Position numbers and translations under genes: made by a program. Of a stretch of 64,000 nucleotides of DNA, positions 54,892 to 64,000 are shown piece after piece; positions within the stretch are counted from its first letter, which is position 1; every line of letters begins with the position of its first letter. Source of the stretch: Reclinomonas americana ATCC 50394. Its lineage: Eukaryota. Below the pieces are notes generated by a model, which ran no database searches, had not been told where the DNA came from, and was given only the letters and a program-made list of their open reading frames with translations. Location of the stretch: positions 54,743 through 118,742 of the forward strand of contig PS015120.1 in the NCBI GenBank assembly GCA_048213135.1, read 5' to 3'.

Positions 54892-57800
54892 AAAACGAGG
54901 GGCAATCTCTCAAGATCTCAACACACCTGGTCGACAATGAGGGCAGCGATTCCCGACGGCATGTATCGCAGGGCAACTGGCGACTGTACGAGTGGTGCCG
55001 AGCGGGCGAATGTGACGAGATTGCCGCCGTAGAGCAGACGAACGACGCTGGCCTCCGCGATCAACACACGACTCAGTGAGGTGCTTTCCACGGCCGCGAG
55101 CTGCGACATGAGGTGCGACGTGGCCACATTGGATACGGAGGCGCCACCACCGGCAAGTGTGGACACCGAGTCTGCGAGCGAGGAGCAGCAGAGTACAGTT
55201 CAACAACGACGATTCACAAGCAGACAACAGCAGGTGTTGCGTTGCACGCACTTCCGGCAATATCGACAAAGCGAACCAAGTTGGTGCCCTGTCGCACGCA
55301 CTATATGAGTTGCCAAAGTGATGTGTGTGAGAGAATACTGAGAAGAAAAAAGTGCACCGAATCTGCCACGGCCATAGTCGTGGAGGACAACATGGTGAGG
55401 TCGAGAGGGCTGGAGAATGTCGCAGAGGTCAGCGCGCCGTTTCCGGAGCCCGCCACTCCCGTGCCCGCCAGAGTCGTGACCACGCCTGGTTGGCAAGCAC
55501 ACATTGAGACGCTGTGAACGGTGTGGTGCGGGGTTACGCAATGCACACTGACCTGTGGTCACATCCACCGCACGGATAGCGTGGTTGAGCTATGCGAAGG
55601 AGGCGCAAAGCATGCGGTTGAGCGCAACAGTAGCATGGACATGTGGATAGCCACGAGCACACTGACCGTATCTGCCACATACAATGTGGTGGAGGACAGG
55701 CGGATGCCAGATGGCTGACGGAACGTGGCGCCGGTTCCTGTCCCATTAGCAAAGCCCGGCGTGCCACTCGTGCTGCCTGCCCACGTCTGCACGTAGTCGA
55801 ACTTGAGGTCGATCCTGCAAGCACCACACCACCATCAGCATCCAGACACATGCAATATGTATGTTACGGGTGATGGTGCGCGCGAAACTTGCGTACACGA
55901 TGTCCGCCATTCTCCGTCACATAGACCGCCGTTCGTGTGTCGTCGGCTTCAACGCCGTACGGGCTGGAGAATGTGGCCGTACCACGCAGTCCGTCGACAC
56001 CGCCCGCAGTGCCGACAATGCCAGCCAACAGCGACACCACACCGGCGGCGTTGATGCGCCGCACTACATGACTCGTCGAATCCGCAACATACACATCGCG
56101 GGTGCCGGTGGAGTAGCCGAGGCCGCGGGGACCGTTGAACTGAGCACCCGACAGCGCACCACCGTTCGTGTTGCCGGCGCTTGAGTTGCCGGCGTACAAG
56201 CACACATTAGAGTCGTCGGAGGCTGGACGAAGAAGAAAGTCACACACAGCTTGTGCAAGAAGGAGGAGAGACAGGGGAGACAGGACCACGCACTTGATTG
56301 TGGGCCGTACAATGGTGAACCGACGAGTGGATTGTACCAACGGTAGCTGCGCCCACCATGCATGTGAGCCCATGGCCGACAATCAAAAATGGCAGCCCAG
56401 CAACACTCACCCTGGCTCGGTGCTGCTCTCGTAGCCAAGCGTGCCGGTGGAGTCGACACCGGCGAGCTGCACGTTGAAGTATTGCCGACTAATGTACATG
56501 TTTGGCGTCGACAGCCACACACGAGTGCCGAGGGAGAGAATGGAAAACGCGGCTTGCCACACAATCGAGCCGGCGGCATCGAGAATCGTAACCACATCAC
56601 CACGCACATTGTTGAGGGTCATCGACGCCTGCACGCAGGATGAGTGTCGCCAAAGAAAAATGGTGTAGGTAGAAGGGCGATGATGCACTGACCACTTGGA
56701 CCACGCGACTGTCGGCCACACCCGCTCGCCACGTACTCTCCAACGACGACTTGTTTGGCGTCAGCACCACTGCCCGACCGCTGTCGATGGTCGTGGCGGG
56801 AATGGTGTACACGCCACCAGAGGTCGCAAGTTGCCACGACTGCACATTCCACAATGAGCACAGCGAGAGGGGGGACAACGGGAATCGGGGGGAGAAAGCG
56901 GAAAGAACCGTCATCGTCACTGCGTTGGGTCCAAAGGCGAAGAGCTCCACAAAGGGTGATGCGTCGTACTCGCCGACGGCAACCTGCGCCGTACCCAGCG
57001 TGGTGACAGTCACCGTGGGCGCCAGCGGTAGAGCGGGCATGCCGTTGAACCACGTGACGCATGCCGTCACCGTGGTGCCGGCAGTGAGTGTCGATCCGTT
57101 GACATTGGTGTTGGTCCAGATGGACGTCACGAGCGCCGTGGTGGCAGTCGCCGACACGGGCGTGCAGGTGGCACTGGTCGAGACGAAAAAGCTGAATGGA
57201 TTCATCATGCTGGTACCGGCGAGGCTGATGCGCTGGCCCGACACGTTCGCAATGTAGACCGGGTACAGCGTGGAGAACAGCGGGTCTGTGTCACGGTCAC
57301 CGTGTCAGAGATGGAAAGCAGCACAGAGAGAGGAACGCGTAAGAGACGCACAGAGCCAAAAGCTGCCGGCGGCACCATCGGCCGTGGAGAAGTTGCCGGT
57401 CGGAGTGGAACGGACGCACAATTGATACGCACCCGTCGCCGCACCATTGTCGTTGACCGTCAGCGTGATACTGTTGTAGCTGTTACGCACCGACGAGATG
57501 GAGGTGGAGGACACGCTGGTGGGATTCGAAGCACTCGGCGCACTGCACGACACAGCGATGCGAAAGGCGGTGGCATCGGCGGCCAAGTTACGCATGTTGC
57601 TGCCGCTGACCACCACCGTCTGGTTGCCAGCGGTGATGGGCAAATACGCAGGTGTGAAGCCGGTGTACGTCGGGGCGGCTGTGCGAACAGTTAGGTTAGG
57701 AAAGGGAGAGGCAATGTGGCAAGGGAGGAGAGGAGGACTGACCGACTACCAGATCACCACCCGGCACTTGCATCGTCAGAACCTACACACAAGGCGAAGG

Positions 57801-58831
57801 AGGGTGAGCGGAAGAGAGACAAGAACGGGAGAGAGCAGGACGTACCGTGTCGATGGACAAACTCGTATAGTCCACCACTGAGTTGCTGTCAATGATTACA
57901 TCGAGCTTGTCGTTGCCGAGTGCCGCCGTCTGGACACTGGCATTGAGAGTGATGGAAAAGGTGAAGCCGGTGGGAAAATTGCTATTGATCCATGTGTTGC
58001 CGGCGAGTGCGCCCAGTGTGGTCGTCTGCGTGGCCAGCGCAGCGCCGGTGGTGTCGTCGGTGACAAGCAGAGTCACTGTGTCCAGCGCAGGTCCACCGAG
58101 CGAGTTGCCCACCGGCCTGCAGCCACGGGTTGTCAGACGAGAGAAGAGTGTGCAATCGACGGAGTGCACCAAACGCAACGATGCAGCAAACGTGAACACG
58201 ACCTGGTCAGCCGAAGCCGGCAAGCCCGCGAATGTTGTAATCAGAGTCCTGCAAACAGCACCGATGCGTGAGCCACATGGCGTGACTCTCTGAGCGGGCG
58301 ACGACGACAGGCACATCGCAACTTGTTGCTTCCGCCCTCGTCGTACTGTCGCGTCGCCACAGCACCCACATTCATCACCAGACCGGCGCTGGCCGCCTGG
58401 GGTGTCTCCATACCACCCGCGTAGTTGTCGGCAGTACCATCTGTCATCACCACGGACGAATACCCCTGCAAACAATGATCGTGAGACCACACACACAGAG
58501 AGAGAAAGAGAAAGGCGAAGGAGTGGAGGCACCAACCATATCAGTGCACACGGCATAGTTGCCAGCGGCCAGCAACGCATTCGGCACACTGGCCGTGTAC
58601 GCAAAGGCCACCACTGCGCCACTGTTCATGGTGTACTTGGTGCCACCGGTGCACGATCCGCCAGTCATCAGAAACGTATTGAGCACTGTCGGCGCACCGC
58701 GAATGCTCAGCTGAATGTTGGCAGTGGCGTCGAGTGATGGAATGCTGGCGGGAGTGTAGGAGAGCGGTGCAAAGGGAAGCCCCGGAGTGATGGGAACCAG
58801 GGTCGCCAGTGTGCGGAAGCGAGGTGTTTCC
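54892..58831 (-). CDS. Giant protein, most upstream visible minus-strand exons (beta-rich domains, Ig-like repeats, NHL cluster); no start codon visible
   Basis: Begins at a CAG acceptor at 58831. Motifs include GNYAVCTD, GAYQLCVRS, FNGPRGL...VYVADSTSHVVRRI and FRQPSGI...LYVADT. Confidence 0.75.
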
Positions 58832-58835
58832 CTGG

Positions 58836-58939
58836 AGAGAGAGAGAGAGAGAGAGAGTGAGTGAGTGTGTGTGTGTGTGTGAGTGAGTGAGTGAGTGAGT
58901 AAGTGAGTGAGTGAGTGAGTGAGTGAGTGAGTGAGTGAG

Positions 58940-59000
<61 letters not shown>
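58836..59000. repeat. Compound (GA)n/(GT)n/(GAGT)n microsatellite
   Basis: Seen directly in the sequence. Confidence 0.95.
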
Positions 59001-59002
<2 letters not shown>

Positions 59003-59155
59003 GTTGTACGTACGACGACGTCGTCGTCGTTCGTTCGGTTCTTCTCGTCGTGGTCGGTCCGTCTAGTTGGTACGACGACACACTCGTCGTCGTACGTACT
59101 ATCTACGTCCGTCGTCGTCGTNNNNNNNNNNNNNNNNNNNNCTACTACTCTACTA

Positions 59156-59371
<216 letters not shown>

Positions 59372-59414
59372 GTCTCTCTCTCTCTTTGTGCCCACACACT
59401 TCTCACGTACGCAG

Positions 59415-62400
59415 GCGTTCTGATTCGACCACATGCGACTCGGGCGTTCCGTCGCAAGTCGCCAACACCTCATGCGCTTCCAATGTCAAGGCAACAATCG
59501 GCGCACTGTGTGATGGGCAGCCGTCGTGCTCGTTCCTCGTCAAGATCTCGTTCCTCGGCGATCCGTGCCCTGGGACGTACAAGGTTGGTGGTTGTGCAGG
59601 GAATAGGAGAGACAGATACAGCCACAATGACAGGCGCAGAGTATCAGCCCTCACTCACTCACCTCGTCATCAAACGCAGTGGCTCGACCTGTCTTACTCG
59701 TGCCTCTCGGCATCATGCGTCGGTACGTTCAGCGTAACACGGTCTCCTTGTCGCAGCGTCCTCCTCCTGACTCTTCGTGTGCGCAGGGTGCTCGCGGAGC
59801 CCCCGCACGTGTCGCTACAGCTCCGGCGGCGGTGCCTTTGTTAATTTCCGCCCGCAATGCAGTCTGACGCAGACCGCCAGCACCGTGTTCGCGGCGGGCG
59901 CCGATCGCCTGACCGATCAACTCGTCTTGTCCTACATGGTGGACTCGCAAGGCACCAACAATCTCTTCTTCCAGTTGAGTGACGCGAGTGGAGGAGCGGG
60001 CGCACTGCGCAATGTGCAAATCACCGCCACGTCTCCGACCGGTGTCTTTCCGATCCGTGACAATGGCGCCTATGTCACCGCCGTGTCGAATAGCATCGAG
60101 ACCGGCACGTTTTTTGGCGACGGATTCTCAGGTCTGTTCTGTCGTTCCCAGCTGGGAGCGTGTGTGTGCGCGCTCGTTCAACAAACTCTGACCCATCACA
60201 CAGCCACCGTCATCACTAATTATCTGTGGCTGGCGAACCAATACGACGGTGCGGTCATTGGCCCGCTCAATCCCAATGCACCGCACTGTTTCCAATTCAA
60301 CGTTCTCGGTGAGTCTGTTCACTCTTCGCCTCCTTTTGTGAATGTGTGTGTGTGCCTCCGTGTCTCACTGCGCGTGTTGCAGGTTCCGGACAAAGTATAT
60401 CGGGTGTGTCCATTCTCGACTACACCACCGGCAGCGCCGTGGCCACGAGTGTGACGCTGGACGGACTGCGAATGTGCTGCGATGCCAGTTGCGGTGGTGA
60501 TACTCTTTGATCATGGTGACACCTTCACGTCGACTCACACTTCTTCGCCCGCAGCGCCATTCACTTCCGCCTTGCCAACCAATACCGCCTGGACCAACAC
60601 CGCCTTTACCATCTCATTTGTGTGCTCTGGTTCGCCGAAAATCCCGCTTGCGCCACTTTTGCAGCTCTCCTCTCATGCGGAATCTACGCAGGTGGTTGCT
60701 TCAACACCGAGGTCGAGCTGTGGGTGGTCGACACCACGTCGGCCACGCCGGCGGAGTTCTTTGCCGGTTGCCTGCCGACTGGTGTCGACTGCACAAACCC
60801 GGCTGCCGTACACACGTTGCAGTGGCCGGTCGGCAGCTCGGTGATACCCTCCAGCGCCGCAAATGTGGTGGTGCGCGCCGAGAACTACGACTTTGTTGTG
60901 GACACGATTGTTATTCGAGCCACCACCATTGCCGCTGTTGCCGCTCCGCTGATTGTCATTCCACAAAATGCGGCATCGCTGTCGGTGGGTCATCCTTTGC
61001 GCACGCATGCCAGTGTCGCATACCTCTCCCGTCTCACTCTGTCACCTGCAGTGGTCGTGTACGAATCCTGCCATCACTGCGGTCAAAATCGAGCTGACGG
61101 GCAGTGCTCTGCCGTCGCCGCCCGAGACCATTGTTGCCAGCCTTCCAGTCACGTGTGGAGCCACCACGCCACAAACCAATACGTACACGTGGACGCCGCG
61201 TGCANNNNNNNNNNNNNNNNNNNNNNNNNNNNNNNNNNNNNNNNNNNNNNNNNNNNNNNNNNNNNNNNNNNNNNNNNNNNNNNNNNNNNNNNNNNNNNNN
61301 NNNNNNNNNNNNNNNNNNNNNNNNNNNNNNNNNNNNNNNNNNNNNNNNNNNNNNNNNNNNNNNNNNNNNNNNNNNNNNNNNNNNNNNNNNNNNNNNNNNN
61401 NNNNNNNNNNNNNNNNNNNNNNNNNNNNNNNNNNNNNNNNNNNNNNNNNNNNNNNNNNNNNNNNNNNNNNNNNNNNNNNNNNNNNNNNNNNNNNNNNNNN
61501 NNNNNNNNNNNNNNNNNNNNNNNNNNNNNNNNNNNNNNNNNNNNNNNNNNNNNNNNNNNGCACGTGTGGTGCCGGTGCCTCCGGCACCGTCAACGTGGTG
61601 ACGTGGACCGTTCCGCTGGCCACGCCACTCGGCACCGCCCTCACCCTGTCGGTCATCGATGACGCCGACGGCACCATTGCAGCCGCACTCACCGGCACGG
61701 TGGACGTGGCCGACACCGCCACTGCGCTGTCGATCGCACCGCTGGTGTCGTCCGTGGCCATGAGCGGCAGCTCGTACACTGTACAAATCTCGTGTCGCGC
61801 CAACAGCCAGTTGGTGCGACCAGAGGTGTGGATGCAGGGTCCGTCGGTACTGCAGCGGGTGATTGCGTTCTCGGCGGCTCTCTCGTGCCCGACGCAGACG
61901 GTGGTGTGGACAATACCGCAGACGCTGGAGGCTGATCCAGCGACTCTGATTCTGCGCGACGGCGATCGGCTGTCGGTGCCCCTAGTCAGCAGTGCATCGT
62001 TCCGACTGCTGCAGGCACGCATCTACGACGTCGCGGTGTCGCCGCTCAACCCACTCACCGGCAACAACACGATCACCATTCAGTGGCGCTGCAGTGACCC
62101 GCAGACCACCTCCGTTTCACTGATGGTTCCGGCGTCACCATCGGTCCCCATTGCCTCGCCAGTCCCCGTGGCGTGCGGCATCTCCTCGCCAGCCCTGCAA
62201 ACGCGCACGTGGACCGTCTCCAGCCTGGCCGCCGGCTCGTGGTCAGTGCGTATCACGGACCTGTCGCGCTCGTGGCTGTACGGCGACAGCAACACATTTA
62301 CTGTGCCAGGTGATTTTCCTTTCCGTGCACGGTCTCAGCGATGTGTTCTCAACAATTCTCTCTGCAGCTGCACAAATCTCTTCCGTGATTGTTGCGCCCG

Positions 62401-64000
62401 TCTCCACCTCGGTCATCTATGCTGGCGCTGGCAGCACGATTGCGTGGCGCTGCTCGTCACCGTCTGTTGCGTCTGCATGTATTGACATGGGTGCTGGCGC
62501 CTGCTTTTCACCTCTAACTTCTTCGTGTCCATCTGGCAGACGACCTCGGTCACGCTGACTGTGGCCGACGGCATCACCATTCCATTCGGCTCGCCGTTGA
62601 TGATTGGCACGGCGGCAGCCTCATGCGACTCAGTGCTCCTGCACGACAAGCTCAACGTGTACAACTGGACACCGGACACTAGCACACTCGGCGCCAACTT
62701 TGTGGTCACGGTGGCCGCTGGAAGCGTCACCGCCTCATCTGGACATTTCACCGTCTACAAGCGCAGTATCACCGTGTCCACTGCCTCGTTGGTCGCCGTT
62801 TACTTGGACTACCCGCTGCAAGTGACGTGGACGTGCCAATACGAGGGCACCACAGCGGTCGACATCCTCATCACGGATGCCGTATCCGGTTCCACGTTGG
62901 CCACCGCCGTGTCCATGTATCCGACCACGTGCGCCGCGCTCAATCCCACGACGCAGACCTACACGTGGAGTAGCGCAAGCAGCGCGCTGCTCAGTGGCTC
63001 CGCAAATGTGATTCTGGTGGTGCGCGATTCGTCCGACGGAACCGTCGTTGGGTCGTCCACATCGCTGCCGGTGCGCAAGGCCATCTCCAATGTCACGGTG
63101 CCGGTGGCGTCGCCGCCGAGCATCGCGGTGATTGGTCGCAGTTACACCATCACCTGGCAGTGCGACAACAATCTCGGCGGTACCACACTGGCGACTCTGG
63201 AGGTCCTCCTTGTGCCGGCCACAGGCAGTGGCGGAACCGCGGTTCGCGTGGACTCGCTGCCTGGCGCCGTGTGCTCCGGCTTCCCGTCGTACCGATGGAC
63301 GGCCTCGGCAGCGTACACACTCGCCGCCACCTCCTACGTGTGGATGGTGCGAGATGCGGATCGACCACTTGCGGGCCGCGCTGTGTCGTCGCCATTTACG
63401 TTGACAACGGGCGTGACCGGCGTCATGGTGGCGCCGATTGCGCCTTCGGTGGCTTTGGTGGCCGCTGGAACGGCACGCCTGTCGTGGAATGTTGCGCGCC
63501 TTTTGGAGTGCTTTTTTTCTCTCGGCGTGTGTGTGTGTTCACTCACCCGTCGTCATCGCGCACTACAGTGTTTCGATCCGGCAGTGTCCACCGTGCGCGT
63601 GACTCTGCTGCGGCAAGCACAAGCGTCGCTCTTCCTCGGCCAGTTTCCGAGTACGTGCTTCTCATCGGGTGCCGCCAACACGGTGACAATCAGCCTGCCT
63701 GTTTCAGCTGCCTCGCCCAGCGCCACATTCACCGTGGCAGATTCGGTCGTGGCTTCCGTGTCGGCAACCTCCGGCTCCATGGTCATTTCCGGTACGTAGT
63801 GGCATCACGGTAACATGCAAAATGCGCGTTCACTTCTTGACTACTGGTGACACACACAGCTCCGAGCGTTGTTGTGGTCTCGGTTGCGCCAGCTGCAACT
63901 GTGTACGCCTGTTCGACTTGCACTGCCACGGTCACGTTCTCGTGCAACACCGGAGCTGGTGTGGAGCTGCTGCTGGATCGCGGCGGACTGTTTACGCTCA
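59415..64000 (+). CDS. Large extracellular protein segment: SUEL/galactose-rhamnose lectin domain followed by the same Ig-like repeats; partial at both ends
   Basis: C...IGALCDGQPSCSFLVKISFLGDPCPGTYK|WLDLSYSC has the SUEL lectin signature. Later repeats (IQWRCSDPQTTSVSL...WTV...VRITD...SNTFTV) match those at 30-43 kb. Confidence 0.8.

Overview
Intron-rich, GC-rich genomic DNA from a unicellular eukaryote, with short GT-AG introns, many (CA)n/(CT)n microsatellites and many N gaps; the species cannot be named from the sequence. Genes in order: mitochondrial uL24 (split in two), a CDC16/APC6 5' end, UTP14, a Mutator-type MITE, a small Pro/Gly/Tyr-rich gene and a gene with only the C-terminal domain of NELF-A. 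Then come three tandem Crinkler/RHS-type genes (P-loop NTPase, PD-(D/E)XK nuclease, HhH), TAPT1/EMP65, a glomulin/ALF4 gene in three shuffled pieces, and about 34 kb coding for one or two giant surface proteins (NHL propellers, Cys-containing Ig-like repeats, a SUEL lectin domain, one TM helix). Several contigs between gaps are mis-ordered or inverted. The strongest unexplained signal is a very common atypical 5' splice site, GTTGCG(T): I placed 25 cases by reading frame, none with G as the last exon base. All gene models and family calls were made by eye; no database search was run.
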